In this document: one piece after another, positions 1 to 12,790 of the stretch
How positions within the stretch are numbered: the stretch's first letter is position 1
How the letters are laid out: every line of letters starts with the position of its first letter
Source: Leucoraja erinacea
Lineage: Eukaryota
Assembly: GCF_028641065.1 (NCBI RefSeq)
Contig: NC_073405.1
Span: 11,780,001-11,844,000, forward strand
Direction: 5' to 3'
Length of the DNA: 64,000 nucleotides
Position numbers and translations under genes: made by a program
The notes under the pieces: model-generated
Told to the model about the DNA's origin: nothing
Database searches by the model: none
The model's input: the letters and a program-made list of their open reading frames with translations, nothing else

Positions 1-385
1 TGGCTGATCATCCAACTCAGTATCCCGTACCTGCCTTCTCTCCATACCCTCTGATCCCCTTAGCCACAAGGGCCACATCTAACTCCCTCTTAAATATAGC
101 CAATGAACTGGCCTCAACTACCCTCTGTGGCAGAGAGTTCCAGAGATTCACCACTCTCTGTGTGAAAAAAGTTCTTCTCATCTCGGTTTTAAAGGATTTC
201 CCCCTTATCCTTAAGCTGTGACCCCTTGTCCTGGACTTCCCTAACATCGGGAACAATCTTCCTGCATCTAGCCTGTCCAACCCCTTAAGAATTTTGTAAG
301 TTTCTATAAGATCCCCTCTCAATCTCCTAAATTCTAGAGAGTATAAACCAAGTCTATCCAGTCTTTCTTCATAAGACAGTCCTGA
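1..385 (-). mobile_element. CR1-clade LINE 3' fragment (ORF2 C-terminus), young copy
   Basis: ORF 17..397 encodes LSYEERL..LGLYSLEFRRLRGDLIETYKI..FFTQRVVNLWNSLP, typical of the CR1 ORF2 C-terminus. Nearly identical to the copy at 20195-20580. Confidence 0.9.
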
Positions 386-892
386 TATCAAGACCATCAG
401 ACCTTAATTAGATATTACGTCTACGTCTAATCATTCTCCTTCCCACCCCACTGAAATGAATGAGTCATTGCGTCTGCAACTGGCCCAATCTGGCTCAGGA
501 TCAATTGATAAGATTGCTCAACATAACCATTGAGAAAATGCAGGCAGTTTGCATTCCTGTGCTGGAGTAGGACAACTGGAAACACAGTTATGATCAGCTG
601 ATAGAATGTTCAGGGTTTCCACGTCTGATTGAGCATTGGTAAGAAACAGACAAACACACATTTCCACGCGTATTGGGCCTTTCTGGGTATATATTATGCT
701 TTGATCTAATGTGCTAAGAATTATATTCTCTCTTGATAAAAATTAATTCTCCTGTACTCTACAAATCATATTTTATTAAGCCTATACACAACTTGAAAAC
801 ACCTGCTCCAAATAGGAAAACATGACAAAAAGTTGGTTTACTGAATATTGGGAATGAGAAAGATTAAAAACAACAAAAAATAACTACTAGAC

Positions 893-956
893 CTTTGCCA
901 GTATCAGAGGTTACATCTTTAGCTTTTCTGTTTTGGCTGGGTGACTTTTCATTTTC
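893..956 (-). CDS. FZR1: FZR1/CDH1 (APC/C activator), coding exon 3: ENEKSPSQNRKAKDVTSDTGK+G; gene continues beyond the window start
   Basis: 64-nt exon flanked by AG/GT on the minus strand, in frame with the upstream exons. Peptide matches vertebrate FZR1 ENEKSPSQNRKAKD. Confidence 0.95.
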
Positions 957-1771
957 CTAAAACAGAAACGAATCAGAATATATTTTCAGTTATATGTATT
1001 CAGTGCTCACTTTTACACCTTGCCGACCTTTAAATGGTCCACAAATGTATATATGAATAGGTGACATTTAATGTATATTTGCAGATCTGGTCTGGTTTTG
1101 TAATTCAATACAATCCAAAAATGTTTTGTTGATGGGTCGGACAGAATGACCAAAATAGTTTTTACTACTCTAAAACCACACGTGCTTTTGTGGTCAATTA
1201 CTTTCACTGTCCATTAAAAGAACACAGAGAAAGGTATGCTTTTTTTTTCTAGGATATTTTTCAAACCAAAAATGAGATACATAGCACTAAAGAAATTGAT
1301 AGCACCTTTGTAAAAAAAAAATTTATCCACGGATCCAGTAATTCTTAGCCCTTGCAAAATGCAAAAACTGAGTCAATGCCAATAGCATTTTCATTTGGCT
1401 CAGGGAGGAGGAATTTCGATCAGGAGTAAATTCCCGGCTATTAAAAAAAAAAAGCATTTTAAAATCTTTCATTTAACTGTTAGAATCAATTCCATTGAGA
1501 TGACTGGATTTTACTTATTTAAAAATGTTACATAACCAAACAGCCAACTAAAAATATTCATAAAGAGCAAAATGGAAAATCAGGTAAAAGTAACTTCAGA
1601 ATTTGCACATAATCAACAAAGAAAAAGACCTGTATTACATTATATAAAAGACTTCACAGCCAATAAAGACGAGAACAACAAAAACTACGATCATAGTTAC
1701 GATAGCTCTTAAGGCAGGTACGTTTACCCCCAAAATGTCCGCTAATCCAAATAATTTTGAAAATAACATAC

Positions 1772-1897
1772 ATTTATTCTGTGGAAGTTTATACTCCAGT
1801 TAGCTGCTGCTCTTGATGGAATAAATCGGTCCCCACTTTTACTTGGTGATGATACTGGTGAATTGGATGGTGTTAATGTTCTCCTAACTTCTGATAT
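1772..1897 (-). CDS. FZR1: FZR1 coding exon 2: ISEVRRTLTPSNSPVSSPSKSGDRFIPSRAAANWSINFHRIN
   Basis: 126-nt phase 0/0 exon (tgtgcag / gtatgt). Contains the C-box DRFIPSR and CDK-type TP/SP sites. Confidence 0.97.
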
Positions 1898-2179
1898 CTG
1901 CACAAGATTAACAAAGGACGAATGACATAGTTCAAATTAAATTGCGACAACATTATTTTTAAGATAAAGACCGCAGAATTATGAGATTTAATAAGAGTTT
2001 CAAATCAGTTTATCATATACTGTTGATCAAGGTGCAATGAAATGCCTTGTTCACATGAAGCTCAGAGTAAATACTGTACATAAGGTAATGATAAATACAG
2101 TAATAAATACTATAACAAGCAGAAAACAGCAGAATGGTGCAAGATTGTAGTGCAAGTCTAAGTAGTGCAAAATAATATT

Positions 2180-2915
2180 CAACGGTATCAAAGGTATTTT
2201 ATTGGTCACATTCACATACACCGAGGTGTAATGAAGTGAAATGCTTTTTGCCATTTTGCAGCACACAAAGAAAGAATACAGACATAACACCAATGAGAGT
2301 CTTAAACACAAAGAACATCCCCCCACAATGGCTCCCACCATGAGGGGAGGCACAAAGTCCAGTCCCCAACCCCAGTTCACCCATAGTCGGGCCTATTGAG
2401 GCCTCCACAGTTGCCTCTACGGAGGCCCGATGTTCCTGGCCGTTCTCGCTGGGTGGTGGTGCTCCGGCGTTGGGAGAGTCCTCACAGCGGCATGGGAACC
2501 CTGGAACGGCCGCCTCCGTACTGGAGGCCGCGGCTTCCGAAGCCGACAAGGCCGCGCCGGTTGGAGCTACACAACCTGCGATCTCGTCGCAAGATCCCAG
2601 GCTCCCGGTGTAAAGTTTGGCGCCGCCGCCCGCAGCTGGTCGCTTCCACAGTCCCGCAGCTCCGCCATGTTTTACCCGACGGTCTCAGCTCACCAGAGCT
2701 CCAGCGTGGCGACCCAGGCAAGGCATTGCCCGCTCCACGATAGCACTCCAGCGCTGTGCTGCCGCCGAAGCCGAGGTTCTGGGCGGTCCGTGACAGGAAA
2801 CGCCGCTCCAGGCCCGCTGGTAGGCTGCGAGGACGGGTCGAAGCTGCAGCCCGGAGAAAAGCTGCCTCTCCGACCAGGAAGGTACCCTAAAAGGCAGTTT
2901 CCCCCTCCCCACACA
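2180..2915 (-). mobile_element. GC-rich non-autonomous retroposon with AATAAA and a simple-repeat tail
   Basis: GC-rich block inside an AT-rich intron. Minus-strand 3' end TGTGACCAATAAAATACCTTTGATACC resembles the tails at 8000-8030, 11425-11458 and 41880-41910. Boundaries approximate. Confidence 0.6.
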
Positions 2916-3951
2916 AAAGTAATTAAAGTACAATATCAGATTAGCCAAATTCGCCAGAGTTGAGAGAACATGTATTCTGCTGTAAACGCATAATTCAATA
3001 AAACTAATTGAATATAACACAATGAATAAGGGAACATGATTTGTACAACATGGGGCAAAGTCGTATAACATGATTTCGATCAGAAACTACAGAACCAATT
3101 AAATTACTTTGGAAATTGACAAGCAGAAATTGCCTGGGAAAGTGAAACTGACGACCATCTTTACAGCAGGTTCGTTGATGTGGACAGGGTTGTATTCATC
3201 CTCTCACTTCCTTGCATCGTCAAACAACTCTTTTGTCTTGGTAACGGTAAAGGCTCTTGTATTTGCACCATTACAGTAGGTTATTGACCCCTCTCAAGTG
3301 CTTCATGTTTTTGTTGTAGATCTGGCCGACAATTCTGCATATCATTGATTAACGTAAAAGTTCTAGTCAGTGCTATTCTTGGCTCCACAGTCATAGGTGA
3401 ACAGGGAATTGATCAAAGGACTGAGTAGACAACCCTAATAGGCACCGGTGTTCCGGGTCAGGTTGGAGGAATGTTATGACCTTTTCTAACCGACCACGAA
3501 GTCAGAAAGCCAGTTTAAGATGGCAGCCCCAAAGTCAAGCTGTCTATCAAGTAGGAACCATTAAGAAGTCTTTATGCCAACCATCTGGGAAAACCTCCTT
3601 TACATCTCTAGCCTGCTCATTGGCATTTTTAACACATGACAGAAATGTACGTAATACTCCTGAGATCAGAAAAATATGTAATTTTTAATATCAATGCCCT
3701 GTTTACAAAGGCAAACTTTCCATGCTTTCTTAAAAACGACTCATCTGTTGTTTATGCTTCAAGTTACCTAGCACCATGCTGGGGCTAGAAGTTTAAATGT
3801 CACTACCTTTCAATGTAATTTGTTGAAATTGTATCACTTTATTTTCCTGCATTAAATTGCATTTACATTGGCTGCCATTTTCCTAATTACATCCTCATGA
3901 AGTTCACTACTCAGTATTTTCAAAATGTGGCAAAGCAGTTTCCACACACAC

Positions 3952-4107
3952 GGGGGGGGGGGGGGGGTGGGGGGGGGGGGGGGGGGGAGGGGGAGTGTGG
4001 GGGGGGGGGGGGGGGGGGGTGTGTGGGGGGGGGGGTGGAGTGGGGGGGGTGTGTGGGGGGGAAGAGTGTGAGGGGGAGAGAGTGTGAAGGGGGAGGGGGG
4101 ATGTGGG

Positions 4108-4157
<50 letters not shown>

Positions 4158-4170
4158 GTGTGTGGGGAGG
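3952..4170. repeat. Poly-G / G-rich low-complexity tract in an FZR1 intron
   Basis: Long G runs interrupted by T/A. Confidence 0.9.
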
Positions 4171-4317
4171 AGTGTATATGGTGCAACCGCATAATTTAAT
4201 GACAACATGGCAAAATTACTGCCTTAAGTTAACAATACCACCAGTTTAAGATAAAACACCCATAAATACTAAAAAAAAGTGAATATGAAACAAATATATA
4301 TTAAAAATTGTACTTAC

Positions 4318-4386
4318 ACAAGGTACTGTATTTTCATTCTGTACATTAATTTGTCTTAGAAGGCGCCTTTCATAGTCTTGATCCAT
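4318..4386 (-). CDS. FZR1: FZR1 first coding exon: MDQDYERRLLRQINVQNENTVPC (whole exon about 4318-4428 including 5'UTR)
   Basis: ATG at 4386, donor GTAAGT at 4317, acceptor tttcctgatttcAG at 4429-4430. MDQDYERRLLRQI is the FZR1 N-terminus. Confidence 0.97.
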
Positions 4387-5254
4387 ACTGAGGGAGGTCA
4401 ATTTAAAGCTTTTACCAAGATATGAAATCTGAAATCAGGAAATAAGCATTATTTGAAACACCCAAAATAAACATTTGGATCTATTGTGGACCTTTGTACC
4501 AACAGTGGCCGTGACAGGAATAACAATCAATTCACTAATTGATGTTCAGATAAATTAATTGGATATTTTTTGAGAAAAGATCCTCATGGAATAGTGTTTT
4601 TTTCTCTCATTTAAAGCTGCCAGATCTACACACATATTTTCACTCTTAATTCACTTTTCCAACATCTACAATTCAGCGATTAATGCTTTGACTCCTGAAA
4701 TATGGAAAGAAATTACTTAGTTTCAGAGATGCAACGTGGAAAGAAGCCACCGAATCCACGCGGACCCGCAATCACCCATACACTTGTTCTATCCTACAAA
4801 CTAAGGATAACCTACAGCAGCCAATTAACCCTCAAACCTTCAAATCGCTGGAATGAGGGAGGAACCAGAGCATCTGACGATTTCGAACCAAGAGGGAAAT
4901 AAAATCTCAGTTTCTACCCAAGAGTCCACTCTTGTCATTCAAAGACCATAATTCTTCAATTTATTTTCTACTCAAAATTCATTTTCACAGTGTTGGTATA
5001 TATTAATATAGTGTTGCGTTACAGAGGGCACCAAAGTGTTTCTATTACTTCCAGAATTATCACTTAAAGACCATTTGGTAGTCTGAAACCCATCTTCGCC
5101 TTCCTCTCTCTTATCTGTCTCGCCAGCTGATACTCCCCACCATAGAAAACACACCGCAGAAATACACCACTGCATTATTTTTTTCAATATACTGCCTTAT
5201 CCATTGATCCCTAGAGATGTGTGTGTGTGCGCACATTATTATAACATTAAGGTG

Positions 5255-5685
5255 CAGATGCTTATATAAGACCAATGAACTGATTGTGGACTTTGGAAGA
5301 GGGAGGATGAGGACCCACAATGTTGTTTATATCATGACGATGGCGGAGAGTAAAAAACTTCAAATACATATTTCTGAAAATCTTTCCCGGACCCAACACA
5401 CTGATGTCATTATAAAGAAAGCACATCAACGCTTCTACTTCCTGAGAAGATTACTCAGATTTGGTATATCAGAGAGGATTCTCTTGATCTTCTACAGGTG
5501 TATAGTAGAAAGCATATTGACTGTCGCATCATGGCCTCGTTCAGCAACTTGAACGCACAGGAATGAAGACTGCAAAATGGTGTGAACACTGCCCAGTCCA
5601 TCACCGGCTCTGACATCCCACCATTGAAGGGATTTACCGGAGTCACTGCCTCAAAAAGGCAGCTATCATAATCAGACACCCACAT
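5255..5685 (+). mobile_element. Degraded Rex/L2-like LINE ORF2 3' fragment
   Basis: ELIVDF..KKAHQRFYFLRRL..FYRCIVESILT motif (ORF 5217..5552). Confidence 0.75.
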
Positions 5686-5689
5686 GACT

Positions 5690-6559
5690 GTGCGTGTGCG
5701 TGAGAGATTTCGCCTTTGATTCACATCTCCTCGAAAACCCAACGCCAAAACGGTGAGATTTTTACATATTCCGGCAGAGATTCGCCTCATGATTTAAAAA
5801 ATCTCCTCATCTGTGAATTTGGTTAATTATTTCCCGGGTTTCTCACTAAAATTGTTCACAGATCGGACTTTAAAAAAAAAAATCAAATCTAACCGCTGGC
5901 CAGCTGATAACGTCACAATGCCTTTGCTCGTGGCCCAGCTCCACCCCGCCCCCGGCTCTGGATTAAAACAGCTGCTGTCAATGTGCAGGCGCACTGTTTT
6001 CCACGAGTTACGTGACCCCCTCCCCCCCTTCAAAAGGCACAGAAAGAACGAGCAAGTTCTGCAGATCTCGAGGTCACCGGCGCTCAAGAGCTTCCCGGCT
6101 TGCTTTTGAAGAACTTTCTCCTCGCAGCCTGCACAGCGAGTGAAGTCATGCCCCTCCCCCGCCCTCCCACTGGTACCCGCTCCAGGTTTCCAGAGTCGGG
6201 CCACCTCTCCCCCACATCCTCCCCCTCCTCTCTACTCTGCCCCTCCTACTCTCTCTCCCCCCCCCCACCCTCCCCCCCCCTCTTCTCTCCCTCCCCCTCT
6301 CCTATCCCCCCCCCTTCTCTCCCCCTGCCCCTCCCTTCCCCCACCTCTGCCTTCCCCCATCATCTCTCTCCGTTTCCCCCCCACCTCCCTTTCCACCATC
6401 TCGCTCCCCATCCCTTACCCCCCCCCCCTCTCACCCTCCTCTCCCCCTCCTCCACTCACCCCCCCTGTGTGTGTGGGGAGTGGTTAGTGTGTGACGCCGC
6501 AGCCCCCCACGCAACCGCGCTTCGAGGGGACGGGACCCAATGGGTCCCCTTTGGACTAG
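5690..6559 (+). mobile_element. Non-autonomous Helitron-like element
   Basis: 3' hairpin GGGACCC-AAT-GGGTCCC (6532-6548) followed by CTAG (6556-6559). The 5' part is homologous to 6560-6800 and 26664-26930. Confidence 0.75.
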
Positions 6560-7160
6560 TAACTTATAAAACGTTGATCTGATCTTTCGTTAGTTTGCTT
6601 GCGATTCACATCTCCTCGAAAACCTGAAGCGGCAACGGTGACATTTTTACATATTCCAGTAGAGATTTACCTCATGACGTCAAAAATCCCCTCATCTGAA
6701 AATTTGGTTAATTTTTTTTTAGTTATTTCTTCAAATTCTTCACCAATTTGAAGCTAAAGCTAACTGAAGCTGAAGCTAACCGGCTGATGACATCTACTCC
6801 TCGAGCTGCGCCGATTTTTCAAGGCGCAGCCTGCAAAAGCCACTCTTTACCAAGAGCTGAGAGTTGTGTGCCCCCCCAAAAACTCCGCACTCCGACGGCC
6901 AACCCGAGAGATGCCGACGAGCATCCGAGTGCGGCCAGCCATAGTGTCCCGCCCACAGCCATCCCCCCAGGCTCTGGATTGACACTACGAGAGACCGAGA
7001 AATGCTGAGCACCCGAAAACTGCCGGCCATAGGTCCCGCCCCGCCCAAAGCCCTCCAGGGTTGAGTTACGTGCCCCCCCTCCTCTCTCCCCATCTCAACC
7101 CCCATCTATTTTATCCCCTCCCCTCCTCTTCCCCCCCCCCTCCTTCCCCCTCTCCCCCCT
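6560..7160 (+). mobile_element. Second Helitron-like unit, head-to-tail with the first and 3'-truncated
   Basis: Starts TATAAAACGTTGATC..GATTCACATCTCCTCGAAAACC immediately after CTAG, the same 5' sequence as at 26664. Confidence 0.7.
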
Positions 7161-7669
7161 GTTGTGCTGCTGCAATTAAGAATTTCATTGGTCTATATGG
7201 AACATATGACGAGAAAACACTCTTGACTTGACTAATGACCCAGGTGTTAAATGACTTATTGAATCCATATCAGCCAAGAGATATCCAGCCACTATCAATT
7301 GCTCGTTCATGGTCCACAGCCCTGCAGATTATAGCACAAAGTGGTCAAAGATAATTTAAATACAACACTTTCTTTCCACTAGCCCCAGTACACCCATCTA
7401 ATGCCCTTTATTGTTTTACTGATTATATTGTGATGAACATTTGACAATTAATGACCTCTCTACTAATGGAAGAAATCCATCAGCCACACTATCTTGGTCC
7501 TTCAGTTTATACACCTCATTTAAATCTTCCTTTGGATACTGTTTTAAAGGCATAAATGGAAGTTGTTTCTCTGACCCAGTGGGCCATTGTCATTCTCCAC
7601 AAAGGATGCACGAATAAATCAAAGCTATTTTAAACTCCTCAACAGCTTCCCGATAACGTGTTTGTGCAT

Positions 7670-8030
7670 TCGTGGTCAAGTCTAGGTTGACGCGAGGTTC
7701 GACCGCCCGGCGCGGGGAAGCTGATAACCCTCCGATTCAGGAGCTGAACGCCTCGACCTGGAGGGCCCGAACGCCGCCGACTACAGGAGTCAAGATCGTC
7801 CCATCAACGGAGGGCTCGAGGTCCCCCACCGAGGAAGAACAAAAGGAAGGCCTTGAACTTTATTTCGCCTTCCATCACAATGAGGAATATGTAGGAGTCA
7901 CTGTAGTGGATGTTCATGTTAAACTGTGTTTTTGAGTCTGTTGCTTTTAATTGTATGACTGACCTGGCCAATGAAATTCATCGTATGTTGCAAAACATTC
8001 TTGGTGAATAAAGTGTGATTCTGATTCTGA
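7670..8030 (+). mobile_element. 5'-truncated GC-rich non-autonomous retroposon
   Basis: Similar to 41560-41910. Ends AATAAAG..GATTCTGATTCTGA. Confidence 0.65.
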
Positions 8031-8552
8031 AATAGTCATATTCAATTAAAAATGGCAATCTTCTCGAGATAAGGAAACAAAAATAGTGTACAATTCTCAC
8101 AGAGAAAATGTATTATCAATGCAATCACTCACTGGCAAAGTTCTGCACATAACTGGGAACCGCAGAGGCTGTTCTGGTAAAGAGGTTATAAATCTGTGAT
8201 TGTTCACTCGACAAACTAAATTATAATTGACACAGCAACTTCTACTTTTGTGGCACAGATTAAGTGTTGCACCTTGGGAACATCAACTGCTAGCAAGGAA
8301 GATCAGGTATTGCTGCATGTTGATGTTCAAACTAACAAATTAGTAACTATTTTGCAAAACTTGTGAGAATTACAGCAAGTGATATGTATCAAGAAACATT
8401 AAATCTATTAAACAGCAGTAATGGGGGATAACTTAACCCACTCATGAGAGTTTTCTCAGTCATAAGCAAAATGCACTCTATGTTGCTCAGTAAGTATGAA
8501 TTCGATGGTCCTATGCTGCTGTCAACAAGTATAATAGGTCAAGATTATGTAT

Positions 8553-8790
8553 CCAAGATGGCTGCCGTGAAGAGAGAGTGGAAGCTGGCGCGCTTTGGCT
8601 GCCGCTGCTCTCTCTTCACACTGTGTTTTTGATTTTCTGTTTTTGGATTGAATTCTGTTTTTAATTTGTGTCTCTGTGATGTCTTTATTACTTATTTTGA
8701 TTATATGTTTTTATTCCGATTACTATGTAAGGTGTCCTTGAGATGTCTGAAAGACGCCCATTAAATAAAATTTATTATTATTATTATTAA
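8553..8790 (+). mobile_element. Short SINE-like insertion with an (ATT)n tail
   Basis: Starts CAAGATGGCTGCC and ends AAATAAAATTTATTATTATTATTA. Confidence 0.55.
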
Positions 8791-10169
8791 GATCTAGCTA
8801 ACGCTGCAAACCAGAGCTGGGACTGCAAATGTCTGTATTTACAGATCACATTTGACCCTGTGTTTGTGGAAATTACCTTTGTTGAGTAAAAAGTGATCAA
8901 AACGAATGACATGGATGCAAATGGACAACCCCCCCCCCCCCCCCCTCAAGAATTGCCATGCTTGCAACTCTAAATGCAACTCTAAAGTGCCCATGGAACA
9001 TGTGGCATATGTTCATACTACTGTAACCAATTTAATATTGCCTACATAAAATAATGAGAAGGCATAGAGAAACAAGAGACTGCCAATGCTGGAATCTTGA
9101 GCAAAGTGCTGGAGGAACTCAGCAAGTCAGGCAGCATCTGTGGAAGGAAATGGACAGACAATGTTTTGGGTTGGGACCCTTCCTCATAATGTTGAGTACC
9201 CATAAAAGAAAGAAAGGGGAATGGCCAGGATAGCAAGTATTCTTGGCAATACTTCCAGTCTTCTCAACGCACCTATCAGGTTAGCAAATGAAAAACCTGT
9301 TTTCTAAGTATGCTCATCCTTTTAAAGCTCTATCCAAAAGTATTTGCCACCAGTTTTATGCTAGCATGCTTTTCTAAAAATATCTTTCCTATTTTATCAC
9401 CTTTTATGGATAGAGACTGTGGTTGCCCAGAGAGGTTTTAAACGATCATTCTATATGCTAAACTATAGCATTCTGTTCTGTCCAGATGTTACATGACCTG
9501 CTGTTTCTAGTATTACCTTCAACACATTAAAAGCATGTGATTTTGTTTTATTTGTACCTTACTTTTAAGGAAAACAAAAATGCAGTAAATGAAAGAACAG
9601 ATGCACTGAAAACGCTCAGTTCACATAGCACCTGTGGGAAACACTCCTGAGAGTCTTCGAAGTGGAATGTTAATGCTCTTTCTCTTACCACAGGTGCAGC
9701 GTTGCTTGATGAGTGTTTCCAGCATATTCTGTTTTTTTATCTCCTGATTTCCAGCACCTGTAGCTTTTTTTCCCTAAAAACTTTCATTTGATGACCATTC
9801 CTATATTTTGGCTAACTATTTCTCCCTCAGTTAACATGACAGAATAAACAGATTTCATCTGATGAATGATCAAACTTTGCTACAACTCAATAGTGGAGTT
9901 CCCAAAAGGTTTCAATACAGGCATGTATGCACATGAAAGACATTAATCAAAATGATTCTTGAGATCAGTGAAAATCCCTAGCCCACTGACAAGCAATGGC
10001 TATGCAGCAACCGAATAGTGCACTGTTATGTTTCATGTGTTAGGTTCAGCATTTTGTGAAGATAAATGCCAGAAGCTATCCAATAGGTGGGAAGACACTT
10101 TTAAAACTAGGCCATGCTCTAGCGAGAAACAGGAGTGCCAGGGAATTCAGAGCATGAAGACCACAGGAT

Positions 10170-12330
10170 GTTGCAGTGGCTGCTTCCAGTGCAGAACTCC
10201 ACCTGGATCAGATGCCCCTTGGCCCTGACACCGATTACCCACAGGCTCCAAACACCCTGACACCGTGCCCACCGGAACCAGGGCTCCATCTGCCACCAGG
10301 ACAAGCAACCCCTTAGCCTTTATACCCACTTCTCACATGGTAATCACCAGGATAAGACACATATACCCTATTCAGCTCAATCATTGGACGGCACCCCCTT
10401 AGTAACAGAAACCCCTGTCACCCGAGGACCCATTGGGATTATACCCATTGATAAACCCTGACACAAAGTGCCCATCACCACCAGGAAACATCTCCACTCC
10501 CATACCATCAAGGTACCTACCAAGAGCAGGCAATCCCTTTAGCCATTCACAGAGTAAACACTCAGACCTGTCACACACACCAAGCACTGTACTCCATTGG
10601 CACTAGAAACGCATCATCGAGAACCCACTGGCACAGTATGGCCTGATACCATGTGTCCACCAGCACCAAGCACAGCCATGGGACGTACTCCCGAGTAACA
10701 GGAAGCCCTGTCACCAAGGACCCATTGGGATTATACACACTAGGATATCAAGTTACCACAAGGATGCCCACCGCACAATCAATCTCTTCCCCCGTCTGAG
10801 CTGAGGCGGAGCTGGCGGCCTCCAACCTGCGACCGACCTCGAGGCTCCGGAGGTTGAGCCAGCCAGGACTTACCAACACGAGGCTGGCCATCTCCGAGCT
10901 GCGGCGGCGTTCAGGCAGCGGCATGACTCGGCGCTCTAGTGAGGGCGGCCGGCGCGGGGCTGAGACACTCCCGTGAGGGCGGCCCGGTGCGAGGCTGAGA
11001 CGCTCCTGTGGGGGCTGTGCGGGGCGGAGACGGTGCTCCGGTGGCGACCTGAATCCGGGGGTCGGCCGTGGGCCAGTGGACGACATCGTCGGGAGCTCGC
11101 GGGTCTCAGGCTGGTGCCTGTTTTACGGAGCTCCCGTGGCAACAGCTGCGTCCGCTGGACTGGAGAGCGGCAGCTTCGACCACCCCCGGGCCGCGGAGCT
11201 TGAACCGTGGGACTGACTTACCATCGCCCGGTGGGGTATCGCCTCAGCGCAGAGGGAGAAGAGGAGGGAAGAGACAGTAACCCTAAGACTTTTGCCTCGA
11301 TCACAGTGAGGAGGTGCTTGGTGAACTCACTGTGGTGGATGTTAATTTGTGTTTATTGTGTGTTGTTTATTATTACATGTGTGGCTGCAGGCAACGACAT
11401 TTCGTTCAGACCGAAAGGTCTGAGTGACAAATAAAGGATTCAATTCAATTCATTCAATCATCCTATTCACAGGATAACCACCAAGATCAGGTACACAGAC
11501 CTTGGTATCATGCACAGTGGTGGGGCTGTAGTGGCTAGAGTAACCCTTGTCACCAGGAACCCACTGGTGACAATCCTTACACCAGGCACCCACCAGGATC
11601 TGTTTAAGAAGGAACTGCAGATGCTGGAAAATCGAAGGTACACAAAAGTGCTGGAGAAACTCAGCGGGTGCAGCAGCATCTATGGAGGAAATAGGCAACG
11701 TTGTCTATTTCCTTCACTCCATAGATGCTGCTGCACCCGCTGAGTTTCTCCAGCATTTTTGTGTATCCACCAGGATCTGATGTACACACTAAGCACAGAC
11801 AAAGGGTGGTATTGCCTTGACAACAGGAACCCTTCACTAAATATCCACTGGAATCCCATTAAGACACCCACCACCACCAGGCATTCTCCTGCCACCAGGT
11901 ACATGGCAAGACCAAGCAACTTCTTAGTCTTTACACCTATCACAGGGTAGTTAGTAGGAACAGGCACGTATACCCAGGCACTATTCTCAGCCATGGGACT
12001 GCACCCACTTCTTCAAAAGCATTCACTGGAATGATACACCCTGAAGCGTCAGCCACTACTAGATTTTCGCCAGGACCAGACACACACACACACCCCTACG
12101 GAATCATGGAATGATATTGTATTGGCAACAAGAGCCCTACACTGAGTCCATCACCAGGTAACTGACAGGACCAAGACAAATCCCTTAACATCACCCACAC
12201 CAGTCAACCGGCTTATCTTCAACTTTATTCGCGCAGGACAACCAGCAGGATCCATGGCACCGAGCACAGACGTGGTCTGGACCCATCACCGAGGACTCCT
12301 AGTGTCCGAAATACCATCCCGGGGCAAACA
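10170..12330. repeat. Old degenerate tandem-repeat region (CACCAGG / TGTCACC / GACAC-rich), interrupted by insertions
   Basis: For example AGTAACAGAAACCCCTGTCACCCGAGGACCCATTGGGATTATA (10401) versus AGTAACAGGAAGCCCTGTCACCAAGGACCCATTGGGATTATA (10694); many CACCAGG motifs. Confidence 0.55.
10785..11458 (+). mobile_element. CpG-rich non-autonomous retroposon with AATAAAG and an (ATTCA)n tail
   Basis: Sharp GC-rich block ending GACAAATAAAGGATTCAATTCAATTCATTCAA. A related minus-strand tail lies at 15555-15705. Confidence 0.7.
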
Positions 12331-12399
12331 CTCGCCGGAAACAGTCACCGTTGACCCTCCCGGTCCCACACCCACCCAGTTGCTGTCACCGCCACCATC

Positions 12400-12790
12400 C
12401 CAGTCCCACATTCGTGTACCTACCGCCGCCGGCCGGGCCACGCTCCCCCGTCAGCCGCGACTCCCGCACAACATGGCGGCCACCGCTTCCGGCCGTCCGA
12501 CCGTTACCTTTGTGACGTCACCAGGATTCAAACCGCCGCCGGAAGTGCTGCGTTGCCACGGCGACGACGTTTGCATTTGCCTCCGGGCGATGCTTCGGAC
12601 CGGGACCGTTGAACGATGGGCGATGCTTAGGACCGATCGGAGCGCTCTCCGCCCCCCTTCCTCATTCCGCGATTCGCGCCGGAGTCTCGTTCGAGAGCTT
12701 TGCCCTGTAGGATCTTTGGCTTTGGCGGCGAAAAGCGGAAGGGATGCCCAGGGTCACGTGGAGGGGAGAGGGGCACTTCCGGCGAACATG
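12400..12790. promoter_or_regulatory. Bidirectional CpG-island promoter (FZR1 and the Harbinger-derived gene)
   Basis: YY1-like ACATGGCGGC 12471-12480; ETS/GABP CTTCCGG 12486-12492 and CCGGAAGT 12539-12546; palindromic CRE GTGACGTCAC 12512-12521; RFX X-box-like GTTGCCACGGCGAC 12552-12565. Confidence 0.8.
12424..12490 (-). other. FZR1: Probable non-coding first exon of FZR1 (TSS approximate)
   Basis: Minus-strand donor GGCG|GTAGGT at 12423 at the edge of a CpG island. The first FZR1 coding exon has an acceptor, so an upstream exon is required. Confidence 0.6.

Noticed and set aside
2051-3071. Cluster of overlapping ORFs (also 10748-11434, 27804-28332 and 41239-41929)
   Set aside because: They lie in GC-rich non-autonomous repeats, with no recognisable domain or splice structure.
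3852-4208. Poly-Pro / poly-Gly ORFs (also 6100-6582 and 27051-27529)
   Set aside because: These are translations of poly-G/poly-C low-complexity tracts, and homopolymer lengths may be sequencing artefacts.
10785-10860. HDV-like fold at the 5' ends of the GC-rich retroposons (also 27937 and 41157)
   Set aside because: I could not build consistent P1/P2/P3 pairings by eye.
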